A stretch of DNA of 64,000 nt, taken from the NCBI RefSeq assembly GCF_009914755.1, contig NC_060948.1, one strand, 5' to 3'. Within the stretch, counting starts at the first letter, position 1, and every line of letters begins with the position of its first letter. The notes below the pieces were generated by a model, which saw only the letters and a program-made list of their open reading frames with translations, ran no database searches and was not told where the DNA came from. A program made the translations under genes and the position numbers. Origin of the DNA: the human T2T-CHM13v2.0 reference genome, Homo sapiens. Positions 41,001 through 64,000 of this stretch are shown here, in pieces.

Positions 41001-44000
41001 CCAGCTCCTGGATTCATTGATTTTTTAAGGGTTTTTTGTGTCTATCTCCTTCAGTTCTGCTCTGATCTTAGTTATTTCTTGCCTTCTGCTAGTTTTGAAT
41101 GTGTTTGCTCTTGCTTCTTTAGTTATTTTAATTGTGATGTTAGGGTGTCAGTTTTTGGCCTTTCCTGCTTTCTGTTGTGGGCATTTAGTGCTACAGATTT
41201 CCCTCTACACCCTGCTTTAAATGTGTCCCAGAGATTCTGGTATGTTGTGTCTTTGTTCTCACTGGTTTCAAAGAACATCTTTATTTCTCATTCATTTCCT
41301 TATATACCTAGTAGTCATTCAGGAGCAGGTTGTTTGGTTTCTATGTAGTTGAGTGGTTTTGAGTGAGTTTCTTAATCCTGAGTTCTAGTTTGATTGCAAT
41401 GTGGTCTGAGAGACAGTCTTTTTATTATTTATGTTCTTTTACATTTGCTGAGGAGTGCTTTACTTCCAACTATTTGGTCAATTTTGTAATAAGTGTGATG
41501 TGGTGCTGAGAAGAATGTGTATTCTGTTGATTTGGGATAGAGACTTCTGTAGATGTCTATTAGGTCCACTTGATGCAGAGCTGAGTTCAATTCCTGGGTA
41601 TCCTTGTTGACTTTCTGTCTCGTTGATCTGTCTAATGTTGACAGTGGGATGTTAAAGTCTCCATTGTTGTGTGGGAGTCTTAAGTTTCTTTGTAGGTCTC
41701 CTAGGACTTGCTTTATTAATCTGGGTGCTCTTGTATTGGGTGCATATATATTTAGTTTAATTAGTTCTTGTTGAATTGAGCCCTTAACCATTATGTATTG
41801 GCCTTCTTTGTCTCTTTTGATCTTTCTTGATTTAAAGTCTGTTTTATCAGTGACTAGGATTGCAATCCCTGGTTTTTATTTTTGTTTTGTTTTCCATTTT
41901 CTTGGTAGATCTTCCTCCATGCATTTATTTTGAGCCTATATGTGTCTCTGTACGTGAGATGGGTCTCCTGAATATAGCACACTGATGGGTCTTGACTCTA
42001 TCCAATTTGCCGGTTGGTGTCTTTTATTCAAAGCATTTAGCCCATTTACATTTAAGGTTAATATTGTTATGTGTGAATTTGATCCTATCATTATGACGTT
42101 ACCTGGTTATTTTGCTCATTAGTTGATGCAGTTTCTTCCTAGCATTGATGCTGTTTACAATTTGGCATGTTTTTGCAGTGGCTGGTACCTGCTGTTCCTT
42201 TACATGTTTAATGCTTCCTTCAGGAGCTCTTTTAGGGCAGGCGTGGTGGTGACAAAATCTCTCAGCATTTATCTGTAAAGGATTTTATTTTTCCTTCACT
42301 TATGAAGCTTAGTTTGGCTGGATATTAAATTCTGTGTTGAAAATTCTTTAAGAATGTTGAATATTGGCCCCCACTCTCTTCTGGCTTATAGGGTTTCTGC
42401 AGAGAGATCTGCTGTTAGTCTGATGGGCCTCCCTTTGTGGGTAACCTGACCTTTCTGGCTGTCTTTAACATTTTTTCCTTTATTTCAGCTTTGGTGAATC
42501 TGACAATTATGTCTTGGAGTTGCTCTTCTCGAGGAGTATCTTTGTGGTGTTCTGTGTATTTCCTGAATTTAAATGTTGGCCTGCCTCACTAGGTTGGGGA
42601 AGTTCTCCTGGATAATATCCTGAAGAGTGTTCTCCAACTTGGTTCCATTCTCCCCGTCACTTTCGGGTACACTAATCGGACATAAATTTGGTCTTTTCAC
42701 ATAATCCCATATTTCTTGGAGGTTTGTTCATTTCTTTTTGCTCTTTTTTCTCTAAACTTCTCTTCTTGCTTCATTTCATTCATTTGATCTGCAATCACTG
42801 ATACCCTTTCTTCCAGTTGATCAAATCGGCTATTGAATCTTGTGCATGCATCACGTAGTTTTCATGCCATGGTTTTCAGCTCCATCAGGTCATTTAAGGA
42901 CTTCTCTACACTGTTTATTCTAGTTAGCCATTTGTCTAATCTTTTGTCAAGGTTTTTTTCTTATTTGCGATGGGTTCGACATCCTCTTTTAGCTTGGAGA
43001 AGTTTGTTATTACTGATTGTCTGATGCCTTCTTCTCTCACCTCGTCAAAGTCATTCTCCCTCCAGCTTTGTTTCATTGATGGTAAGGAGCTGCATTCCTT
43101 TGGAGGAGAAGACGTGTTCTGATTTTTAGTATTTTCGGCTTTTCTTCTCTGGTTTTTCCCTATCTTTGTGGTTTTATCTACTTTTCGTCTTTGATGATGG
43201 TGACCTATAGATGGGGTTTTGGTGTGGACGCGCTTTCTGTTTGTTAGTTTTCCTTCTAACCATCAGGACCCTCAGCTGCAGATCTGTTGGAGTTTGCTGG
43301 AGGTCCACTGCAGACCCTGTTTGCCTGGGTATCACCAGCGGAGACTGCAGAACACTAAATATTGCAGAACAGCAGATGTTGCTGCCTGATCCTTCCTCTG
43401 GAAGCTTCATCTCAGAGGGGCACCCAGTTGTGTCAGTCAGCCCCTACTGGAAGGTGTCTCCTAATTAGGCTACTCAGCAGTCAGGGATCCACTTGAGGAG
43501 GCAGACTGTCTGTTCTCAGATCTCCAACTCCATGGTGGGAGAACCACTACTCTTCAAAACTGTGAGACAGGGACGTTTAAGTCTGCAGAAGTTTCTGCTG
43601 CCTTTTGTTCAGCTGTGCCCTGCCTGCAGAGCTGGAGTCTACAGAGGCAAGCAGGCCTCCTTGAGCTGTGGTGGGCTCCACCCAGTTCAAGCTTCCCAGG
43701 TCCTTTGTTTACCTACTCAAGCCTCAGCAATGGTGGATGCCCCTCCCCCCACATCCCTGCTGTCTTGCAGTTCAATCTCAGACTATTGTGCTAGGCTCCG
43801 TGGGCATGGGGGCCTCCAAGCCAGGCATGGGATATAATCTCCTGGTGTGCCATTTGCTAAGGCTGTTGGAAAAGCATGGTATTAGGGTGGGAATGTCCCG
43901 ATATTCCAGGTACCATCTGTCATGGCTTCCCTTTGCTACAAAAGGGTATTCCACGACCCCTTGCACTTCCCAGGTGAGGCAATGCCCTGCCCTGCTCCAT

Positions 44001-44143
44001 GGGCTGCACCAACTATCTGACAAGCCCCAGTGAGATGAACTTGGTACCTCAGTTGGAAATGCAGAAATCACCCGTCTTCTATATCACTCAAGCTGGGAGC
44101 TGCAGACTGGAGCTGTTCCTATTCAGCCATCTTCGAACCTTAT
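38066..44143 (-). mobile_element. Full-length L1PA (L1PA5-7-like), ORF1 and ORF2 disrupted
   Basis: 5'UTR start aagatggctgaataggaacagctcc at ~44135; ORF2 fragments in the ORF track (EN 41429-41791, RT 39943-40317); 3'UTR; TSD catcaaagctgattta at 37917-37932 and 44144-44159. Confidence 0.95.
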
Positions 44144-44691
44144 CATCAAAGCTGATTTAAAAGGCCTATGTAGCAAATAATTATTCTTGCTGCACTGTAT
44201 ATGAATAATTAAGACAAATATAATAAAGCAAACAGTCCTACCATGATTTGTCTTTTAATAAAAATGAGAAACTGAAGAGAGAAAATTATATTTCAAAAAC
44301 TGTAGCCCACCTGTTGTTAAATTCTTGCCTTACCTAATGTTTTTCAATTTTTATTATTTTCTACAGTTGAAATTATATTCATTTCAGAAATCAACCCTGG
44401 ATACATCACACTCAAGTCAAAGCCTATAGAGCTAAGAAAGCAACCCCTAACAGTCCAGAAAAATTTCCTATCAATGCAAAAAAAAAAAAAAAAAGAGGAA
44501 CTCTTAAGCCAAAAATTATAAAGAAGAATCATGGCCATTTTGCGGACAACTACCCAAAAACATCTACAGACAGTGTTGCTCCTGCAGTCAATCCAACAAC
44601 AAAAATCTCCCCACCCTGCCATCATCAGGAAGCAGCCGGAAAGAACATGTCACACCTCATCCTTTTATAAACTATAGGGTCTAGTCTGGAA

Positions 44692-45248
44692 TGACATAGC
44701 TGGAGCACCATCGTCTTAAACAAACACCACCACTTTATGTTCCAGCTACCTTTCTGCCCTCATGCATTTTAAGGAAATCACTTCTCTCCTAACTGCAAGC
44801 ATCCAGAAAGAGCAGATAGTAAAACACAGATAAGACAGCTCAGGCACAGAGGGAGATGGAGGAAAGTCTCATGGGTAACTGCCAAACTTCACCCGCAAAC
44901 AATGGGCCCTAGTAAAACAGCCTTAATATGCTCATTCCTTTCCCTTTAGGTGGACTAAGATAGGGAATCTAAAAGCCTACTGTGCAGTATGCCTACAGCT
45001 GCAGAGAAATGTATGGGAACAGACACAACTCTCCCTCCCAGAGAAGCACAACAAAAAGACACAGAAGAAGTCCAAGCCTCTGATAAACTCTTCCACCCTG
45101 AATCCTTAAAAACTCTTAGTCTGTAAGAGAGTTTGTCTCTGACCTAACTCAGCCAGAAGCTTCTTTCAAGGTGGTTTTCTCTAAAATAAACCTCTGTTGA
45201 CTGGTGAGCCACCTTTCCTGTTTTTTCCCTCTTTCTTTAATTCTTACA
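44692..45248 (+). mobile_element. ERV1 3' LTR (MER41C/D-like)
   Basis: tgacatagctggagcaccatc...aataaa...ttcttaca; TG/CA ends; follows the ERV internal sequence. Confidence 0.7.
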
Positions 45249-45399
45249 GTAGCAACTTTAGGATATTTTTGATATAAATATTTATATTGTCCGATTTTTT
45301 TTTCAAGAAAGAGTCTTCTGCATTTTCTTTGTCCTTCTGTGTTCTGCCATAACAGAGTACCATAAGGTAAAACATGAGCTCCAAACCTTAAAATATAGG

Positions 45400-48075
45400 T
45401 TGTTAAGGTTCTGAAAATATTAGCATCTGTTTAGATAAACTTAGATGTTTGTCTCCAAAACAGAAAAAACTAAGATTACCCTCTTGTGCTGTTTTATGTT
45501 CTTGAGAGCTTGAGTTATGACCAAGTGGGACTGCTCTTTTGTTCATTATCTGAGGGATGTAATTTTTTGGTCACATACAGTGTGAGGCTAAAAATTGCTG
45601 AGAACATGAGACATATAATATTTTAAGCAGGGCACTCTTTCTTTAACTTATCAGATGAGTTTGTATTAATAAAAAGTTTTATCCAAAAAGAAACTTTGGT
45701 CATCTGAACCCTTGTTGCTTGGCTAGTCCTAAAATGATACAATTTTAGCAGAGCCTACCTAGTGTTAAAGATTAATGGGTCTGTGAAAGGCAGTGCCACA
45801 AATCTGTGAGATACTGGAGGCACTGTAAACATAAATATAGTCTAGGGTTAATCATCAGTGGCAACAGACTCCTTTGCTGTGTTAATTCATTCTGGAAATA
45901 AATTTTGGGGAAGTATGGAAACAACCTCTTCAATACCCTCTAACAGAACACCTATTATTTTTATAACAAAACTTATTCATGGAAAAGAATCTCCTGAGCT
46001 TTTGTTAAGAATTTTGTATATTAAGTCACTACTAGAATAAGTAAACCATTGAAAATGTTCATCATAAGTGGCCAAAAGATTGATTCTTTATAATAAAAAT
46101 GCACCTACTTTTAAAATATAGTATTTTAGATAGCTCTAATTCTAAAAAAAAATGCTTTATGTGTATTTATGGAAGAAGCAAAATTTCAAAAAGACACATA
46201 ATAGTGTCATGAGCAAGTTTTAGAAATTGTATTGACAACATTAAATAGTAGAATCTACAGCAATGATAAATTATTTTCATGCTCAAACTGTCTGCCTTGG
46301 ATTCTCTTTCATATTAACAAATTATATACCAGGATATTACATACCCTGTAGGCTAATAAGTAGGATTCAGTTCCTTTCTCAGCTGTGGCTAAGATATAAT
46401 TCACACTCAGGGAACCAATACCTTGGAAAGTTAAGTCTTTTACATTTATAAATGTTGGTTTGATATTTATTTGACTCAACTTTTTGAAGCACCCATTTTT
46501 TATTCATTTTTTCCTTTCAATTTCTTATCTTACTAATGATTTGTTTGTTAATTTTGTTTGTGGGATACATGAGACAATTAGTATTTTTGTGTTGATGGTA
46601 ATCTTAGAAACTGAGGCCCTAAACAATGTGGTAGAATAAAAGGTAAGTTGTACCCACTATTATGCAGAAAAAAACCTTTTCTTTCTTTGGCTGTCATTGG
46701 GGTGGTTTTGAAGCTTGTGAAAACTACTTTTCACCTCTATTTAGATATTTAATCTGTTTTTGGTTAAGTCACAACATTGATTATGGTTTATTGATTTTGA
46801 TGAATAACTTGAAAAGGAGCCTTTGCTTTTAAAGAATATCAACAAATTTCAAAAACCAGGAATACTTGTTGCTTGTCCTTGCTAAAATATGAAAATAAGA
46901 AATTTGATATAATTATTTTAAAGAGCAGTAGCATCACAATTTGTTTTAATTAAAAGCTAATATTTAGGCTATGTTTTTAAAAAGCATTTGTACCTTTTGT
47001 CTTATAAATCTTGGTCTCTCGGAAGTTGATTTAGTTAACTGAAATTCTTTTTCAATTATATATATAGCCTTCTGGTGTGCTTTCTTCCTTGTTGTCTTAA
47101 TTTTTCCTGAAAAATGGTAAAATATAAATGACATTCTAGAAAGCTTAGAATCTCACCAAATTTTCTTTTATAAGAATTTTTCTTCCATCTATTTCTACAC
47201 ATCCCTCTTTTTTGCTATCTTTGTTACCACATGAATAGTTCTACCGCAGACTTTAATGACCCTGAGATTTCTGGAGGAGCACAGCAAAAAAGTATCAAAT
47301 ACAACCTTTGAAGTTGCTCCCCTCACCTCCCCTCCACTCACCTCCCCTCCTCTCACCTCCTCTCCCCTCCCCTCTGATCTCTTTGACATTTGGGGTACCA
47401 GAAATTACTTTTTACTACAAGAAAAAACTTAACCTTTTGTGTGAAGTAACTGGCAAATCACTGGTGAGAGTTGCAGTTTCGGAGGTGACTAACATCTATT
47501 GCAGTAAATGGTTACTACTGCAGGAGGCTACTCATTTATTTAAGTTTTTAAATTAGAAAAGCAACGTTTAAGCTTTTGGACGCTATAGGAACACTTGCCA
47601 CTTGGGAATACACTTTTCCATGGAGTTGGGTGGAACACAGAGTGGGCCACTGGAATTGAGTGGCCCACCAGTCTCAGAGTAATCATTGTGGTTTTCACCA
47701 TTGCTCCTAATTAGTTCTAATGGCAAAGCTGCAATGACTTTTGCACCAACCTAATAGATGCACTATGGAAGAGTTGTTAGGTTTCATGGTATTTTCCCCT
47801 TTTTGAGGATCTAGGATTTAATGTAAATTTGGATCCTTTATTTTGGGCTATATAGAGGTTCTGCCTTTTAGTTCCTGTTTTTACATATGTGAGTACTTAG
47901 TTTTGAACATTGCAGCTGCTTTCTTGACCCCATTGGTTAATAGAATTTGCTGTAAGAAAGTGTCCCAGTTGGAAAATGATAACAATTATTTTACCTATTT
48001 AAATAAAATTGGCCTTCTAATACAATTTTCTGGTAAATTTCTATAATTTTATATCACCTTGAAATAAGTTTTTAA
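45400..48075 (+). mobile_element. Degenerate ERV1 internal fragments
   Basis: ERV1 leader-like motifs (cttgtgctgttttatgttcttgagagcttg; gttgcagtttcggaggtgact); patchy, with uncertain boundaries. Confidence 0.4.
47318..47373. repeat. C-rich (CCCCT/CCTCA)n low-complexity tract
   Basis: Directly visible. Confidence 0.85.
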
Positions 48076-48099
48076 TTTTTTTTTCATTTAGGCCATTCT

Positions 48100-57415
<9,316 letters not shown>

Positions 57416-58400
57416 CCATTTTTAATACCTTTTTTAAAAAAACTGTTTAAATTCTCTGTATTTTTTTATGTATAAATTTGCTTTTCTCTTTTCTCTAAAA
57501 CCTGATAAGGGCTTGGTTACTTGGCATAGACAAAGTTTGGGCAGAGATAAAATTTAATACAACTCTTCTTTTGAAATATTGAGCTTTCATGACTAAAATG
57601 AGCCCTGTCTTACTGCTGAAATTTTAAAATTAAAGCTACAATTTGTATTTATATTTGTAGTGTTGTATATATTTGTGCACATGTCTGTGTTTATATATGT
57701 CTACATGATACCAAATTAACTTGTAAATAAATAAATACTGATAAATTAAGTAAATAAATCCAAATGTTTTTTAACTTTATGTGACTCTGGTAATCTTTGA
57801 TAATAAAAGCCCATTTTAAAATTGTTAGTAAAATAAAATGTCTTTAGAATGTTGAGCTTTTTGCCCATATCTATTTTTCAGAAAGGTTTATACTTTCTCT
57901 GACAGATATTTTGGTAAGGTAATAAACCGTGCTTCTGTGATGCTTCTGGTATAAAATTAAGAGGCATGTTGGTGAAGTTTTTGGTTTTGAGCCTTATGGT
58001 GAGGCTTGGGGACATTGTGTTTTTGCAGTGCCTGGATTACCAGATACAAAGCAAATCCAATCACAATATAGCCCAATTCTTCATCTAGCCCTGCTTTTTG
58101 GCCATGCTGAGAGAAGTTGGGCTTTCTAGGCATTAACTTCACAGGTTTGTCCTCTATCTTGTCATCTTCAGTTGAATGACAATTAAAATTGCTTTCTAAG
58201 TGTTTTACTGAAAATTAAGCTTATTAAAAGTTAATATTGTAAATAATACAGGTAATTTAACCTATCAGATTTTTTTAAAAAAATTCTATATGCAGAGTAC
58301 ATAAGGTAAGTAGAATGTGTTTTTGGTAAAAAATCTTACAAAGAAGTCATTAGTGTGTGGTTTTGGTTGAATAAAACGTAATTTTCTTTAGCTTAGATAT
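57416..58400 (+). mobile_element. ERV1 internal fragment (continuation)
   Basis: AT-rich MER4-group-like motifs (catgtgactctggtaatctttg). Confidence 0.45.
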
Positions 58401-58409
58401 TATTTAAAG

Positions 58410-61400
58410 TTATTTTTAATTAAATTTTTATATTTCCATAGGTTATTGGGGAAGAGGTGGTGTTCGGTTACATGAGTATGTTCTTTAATGACTATTTATG
58501 CGATTTTGGTGCACCATCCCCTGACCCGTATACACTGCAGTCAATTTGTGATCTTTTATTCCTCATCCCTTCCCAGCCTTTCTTCCTGAGTCCCAAGTCC
58601 TTTGTGTTATTCTTATGCTTTTGCATTCTCATAGCTTATTTCCCACTTACAAGTGAGAACATATGATGTTTGGTTTTCCATTCTGGAGTTACTTCACTTA
58701 GAATAATAGTCTCCAATGTCATCCAGGCCACTGAGAATGTCATTAGTTTATTTCTTTTTATAGCTTAGTATTTGTATTCCATCATGTATACATACATATA
58801 TGCACATACATACACACCACAGTGTCTTTATCTGCTTGTTGATTGATTGACATTTGTGTTGGTCCCACGTTTTTGCAATTGCAAATTGGGCTACTATAAA
58901 CACACATGTGCAAGTATCTTTTTCATATAATGATGCCTTTCTCCTGGGTAAGTACCCCAGTAATGGAATTGCTGGATCAAATTGTAGTTCTACTTTTAGT
59001 TCTTTAAGTAATCTGCCCATTTTTTTCCATAGTGGTTGTATTAGTTTACATCTCCACTAGAATTGTAGAAGTGTTTCCTGTTCACCGCATCTACACCAAC
59101 TTCTATAATTTTTTTATTTCTTTTATTATGGCCATTCTTGCAGAAGGAAGGTGGTAGGTAACACATTGCGTTTCCTGATCATTTCCCTGATCATTAGTGA
59201 TGTTGACCATTTTTCATATGTTTGTTGGCCACTTGTATATCTTCTTTTGAGAATTTTATATTCATGTCCTTAGCCCAATTTTTGATAGAATTGTTTGATT
59301 TTTTCTTGCTAATTTGTTTGAGTTCCTTGTAGATTCTGGATATTACTCCTTTGACAGATGTATAGATTGTAAATATTTTCTCATATTCCATGGGTTGTCT
59401 GTTTACTCTGCTGATTGTCCCTTTTGCCATGCAAAAGTTATTTAGTTTAATTAAGTCATAGCTATTTATCTTTGTTTTTATGCATTTGCTTCTGGGTTAT
59501 TGGTCATGAAATCCTTGTCAAAGCAAATGTCTAGAAGGGTTTCTCCAATGTTATCTTCTAGGATTTTTATAGTTTCAGGTCTTAGATTTAGGTCCTTGAT
59601 ACATCTTCAGGTGATTTTTGTATAAGGTGAGAGAAGAAAATCCAATTGTATTCTCCCATATATGGCCTGCCAATTATCCTAGCACCATTGGTTAAATAGG
59701 ATCCTGTCCCTACTTTATGTTTTTGTTTGCTTTGTCGAAGATCAGTTGGCTCTAAGTATTTGGGTTTATCTCTGGGTTCTTTATTCTATTCCACTAGTCT
59801 ATGTCCTATTTTTATGCCAATACCATCTTGTTTTGGTGACTGTGGCATGATAGTATAGTTAGAAATCAGCTAATGTGATGTCTGGAGATTCATTCTTTTT
59901 GCTTAGTCTTGCTTTGGATATGTGGGCTCTTTTTTGGTTTCATATGAATTAAAAAAATTTTTTTCTAACTCTGTGAAGAATGATGGTGGTGTTTTCATGA
60001 AAATTGCATTAAATTTGTAGATTGCTTTTGACAGTATGGTCATTTTTACAATATGATCCTAACCACTCATGAACATAGAATATGTTTTCATTTGTTTGTG
60101 TCATTTATAATTTATTTCAGCAGTTTTGTAGTTTTCCTTGTAGAAGTTTTTACCTCCTTGGTTAGGTATATTCCTAAGTATTTTATTTTTTGCAGCTATT
60201 GTAAAGGGGTTGAGTTCTTGATTTGTTTCTCTGCTTGGTCAATGCTGTTGTATAGAAGAGCTACTGAATTGTGTATATTAATTTTGTATCCAGAAACTTT
60301 GCTGAATTCATTTATCATCCTAGGAGCTTTCTTGAGGAATTTTTAGTGTTTTCTAGGTCAATAATCACATCATCAGCAAACAACAAGAGTTTGACTTCCT
60401 CTTTAATGATTTTGATGCCATTTACTTTTTCTCTTGTCAGATTGCTCTGGCTAGGACTTCCAGTGATATGTTGAAGAGGACGGTGAGAGTGGGCATTCTT
60501 GTCTGGTTCTAGGTCTCAGAGGAAATTCTTTCAACTTTTCTCCATTCAGTATTATGTTGGCTGTGGGTTTGTCACAGATGGCTTGTGTCACATTGAACTA
60601 TGTCCTTTGTATGCCAGTTTTGCTGAGAGTTTTATTTATGAATAGATGCTGGATTTTGTTTAATGCTTTTTCTACATCCATTAACATAATCATGTGATTT
60701 TTTGTTTTTAATTCTGTTTATACAGTGTATCACATTTATTGTGTTCTGAATATTAAACCATCCTTGCCTCCCTGGTACAAAACCCACTTGATCATGATGA
60801 ATTATCTTTTTCATATATTGTTGGATTTTTTTTGTTATTTTTATTTAGTATTTTGTTACTTTCATTTAGTATTTTGTTAAGGATTTTAGCATCTATGTTC
60901 ATCAAGAGAATTGGTCTGTAGTTTTCTATTTTGGTTATATCCTTTCCTGGTTTTGATATTAGGGTGATAATGGCTTCATAGAATGAATTAGGGAGGGTTT
61001 CCTCTTTATCTTGTGTAATAATGTCACTAGGGATTGATACTAATTCTTCTTTTAATATCTGGTAGAATTCTCCTGCGAATCCATTTGGTATTGGACTTTT
61101 TTTGTGGGTAGTATTTTGAATTGCCATTTTATTCTTGTTGCATGTTATTGGTCTGTTCAGGGTACCTAATTCTTTCTGATTTTAGCTAGGAGGACTGTAT
61201 GTTTCCAGGAATTTATATATCTTCTCTAGGTTTTCTAGTCTATGTCTGTAAAGCTGTTCACTGTAACCTTGAATGCTTTGTTTTGCTTTGTTTTTTGTAT
61301 TTCCGTTTTGTCAATTGTAATTTTGTTTCTAATTGAGCTTATTTAGATTTTCTCTCATCTTTTCTTAGTTAATCTTCTTAATGGTCTACCAATTTTATTT

Positions 61401-64000
61401 GTCTTTTTGAAGAACCAGATTTTTTATCTTTTTTATTTTTATATTTCAATTTCATTTAGTTCTGCTCTGATACTGGTTATTTCCCTTCTTCTGCTGGGTT
61501 TGGATTTTGTTTGTTCTTATTACTCTAATTCCTTGAAGTGTGACCTCAGATTGTTTGTGGTGTTCTTTCAGACTTTTTGATGTAGGACATTTACGGCAAG
61601 GAACTTTTCTATTAGCACTGCCTTTGCTGTATCCCAGGGCTTTTGAGAGGTTGTGTCACCTATTGTCATTCAATTTGAAAAATTTTTAAACTTTGATCCT
61701 GACTTCATTATTGATGCAATAATCATTTAGAAGTAGGTTATTTAATTTTCATGTATCTGCATGGGATTGAAGAGTCTTTTGGAGTTGGCTTCTAGTTTTA
61801 TTCCACTGTGGCCTGACAGAGTACTTGCTGTAATTTCAATTTTCTTAAATTTATTGAGCCACCTCTGGTGGCCTATTATATGATCTATCTTGGATACAGT
61901 TTCATGTGCTGTTGAATAGAATGTGTATTCTGTGGTTGCTGGGTAGAATGTTCTGTATATATCTGTTAAGCCCATTTGTTCCAGGGTATAATTTAAATGC
62001 ATTGTTTCTTTCTTGACTTTCTGTCTTGATGGCATGTCTAGTGCTGTCAATAAGAGTATTGAAGTCCCCACTATTATTGTGTTGCTGTCTATCCCATTTC
62101 TTAGGTCTAGTAATAATTATTTTTAAATTTGAGAGTTCCAGTGTTAAGTAGATATATATGTAGGATGGAGATACTTTCTTGTTGGAGAAGGTTTTTATCA
62201 TTATATAATGCCTCTCTGTGTAATTTTTTTTTCTTTTTCTTTTTTTTTTGGAGACAGAATCTTGGTCTGTCACCTAGGCTGGAGTGCAGTCGTGGGATCT
62301 CGGCTCACTGAAACCTCTGCATCCCAGGTTCACACCATTCTCCTGCCTCAGCCTCCCAAGTAGCTGGGACTACAGGTGCTCGCCACCACACCTGGCTGAT
62401 TTTTTTTGTATTTTTTTAGGAGAGATGGGGTTTCACTGTGTTAGCTAGGTTGGTCTCAATCTGCTGACCTCATGAACTGCCTGCCTCAGACTCCCAAAGT
62501 GCTGGGATTACAAGTGTGAGCCACCATGCCTGGCATCTCTCTGTGTAATTTTTAACTGCTGTTGCTTTTAACTTTATCTGCTGTAATAATAGCTACTCCT
62601 GCTTGCTTTTGGTGTCCGTTTGCATGGAACGTCTTTTTCCACCCATTAACCTTAAGTTTATGTGAGTCCTTATGTGTTAGGTTAGTCTCTTGAAGGCAGC
62701 AGATATTTGGTTGGTAAGTTCTTATCCATTCTGCAGTTCTCTATCTTTTAACTAGAACATTTAGGCCATTTGCATTCAACATTAGTGTTGAGATGTGAGG
62801 TACCATTCCATTCATTATGCCATTTGTTGTGCATATACTTTTTTGTTTGTTTGTTTTAAATTGTATTTTTGTCATATAGGTCCTGTGAGATGTATGCTTG
62901 AAAGTGGTTCTGTTTTGATGTGTTTCCAGGATTTTTTTCCAGATTCAGAACTCCTTTTAGCAGTTCTTTCAGTGCTGGCTTGATAGTGGTGAATTCTCTC
63001 AGCAGATGTTTGTCTAAAAAAAGACTGTATCTTTCCTTCATTTATAAAGCTTAGTTTCACTGGATACAAAGTTCTTAGCTGAAATTATTTTATTTGAAGA
63101 AACTGAATATAGGGCCCCAATCCCTTCTAGCTTGTAGGGTTTCTGCTGAGAAATCTGCTGTTAATATGATAGGTTTTCCTTTATAGGTAACCTGGTGCTT
63201 TTGCTTCACAGCTTGTAAGATTCTTTCCTTCATATTAATTTTAGATAACCTGATGACAATGTTCCTAGGTAATAATCTATTTGTGTTGAATTTCCCAGTT
63301 GTTCTTTCAGCTTCTTGCATGTGGATGTCTATCTGTCTAGCAAGGCCAGGGAATTTTGTTTCTTTATTTCCCCAAATATGTTTTCCAAACTTTTAAATTC
63401 CTTTTCTTCTCCAAGAATGCCAATTATTCTTAGGTCTGTTTGTTTAACATAATCCCAGACGTCTTGGATGTTTTCTTTATATTGTCTTACTCTTTTTTCC
63501 TTATCTTTGTTGGATTGGGTTAATTTGAAGACCTTGTCTTTGAGCTCTGCAGTTATTTCTCCTGATTGATTGTATTACTGAGACTTTCCAGAGCATTTTG
63601 CATTTCTGTGTGTATATTTTTTCCTGATGTTTTGATCATCTTTTATTTATGCTATTTCACTGAATATTTCTCCCTTCACTTATTGTATCTTTTAAAAATT
63701 TTCTTAGATTGGACTTCACCTTTCTCTGGTGCCTCTCTGATTAACTGAATAACTTACCTTCTGAATTATTTTTCAGGTAAATCAGGGATGTCCTTTTGGT
63801 TTGGATCCATTTCTGGTGAACTAGTGTGATTTGGGTGTTAGAAAACTTTCTTTTGTCATATCATCAGAGTTGATTGGTTGCTTCTCATTTGGGGAGGCTC
63901 TGTCAGAGGGAAGGTCTAGGACTCAAGACTGTTGTTCAGATTCTTTTGTCCCATTGGGTGTTCCCTTGATGTAGTACTCTCCCACTTTTCCTAAGGACAT
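58410..64000 (-). mobile_element. L1PB1-like element running off the window
   Basis: L1PB 3'UTR (ataggttattggggaagaggtggtgttcggttacatgag), ORF2 peptides, ORF1 peptide at 63090-63320. Confidence 0.88.
62229..62535 (-). mobile_element. AluY/Sc inside L1PB
   Basis: TSD ctctctgtgtaattttt at 62212-62228 and 62537-62553. Confidence 0.93.

Noticed and set aside
38749-41791. Endonuclease/reverse transcriptase ORFs as a novel RT system
   Set aside because: Frameshifted fragments of ordinary L1 ORF2; the same applies to the ORFs at 18-19, 26-29, 50-52 and 58-63 kb.

Overview
Human Y-chromosome DNA from the X-degenerate Yq11.22 region. Bases 1-~16.4 kb hold intron 1 (partial) and exons 2-7 of EIF1AY on the + strand. 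All exon boundaries are GT-AG and splice into the eIF1A protein with the Y-type Leu50; exon 1 and the promoter lie upstream of the window. The remaining ~47 kb is almost entirely retroelements: Alus, nested L1PA/L1PB/L1MA copies, and MER4-group ERV1 internal sequence and LTRs. The ORF track reflects only L1/Alu fragments. I found no convincing new biological system. The notable observations are two L1 3' transductions defined by TSDs, four 5'-inverted (twin-primed-type) L1s, a three-level L1 nest, an unexplained ~2.5 kb 3'UTR-like block inside an ERV, a stop-introducing cryptic acceptor 14 nt upstream of exon 4, and Y-SNP alleles consistent with haplogroup J1. Repeat subfamily names and SNP identities come from my recall of consensus sequences, not from a search.
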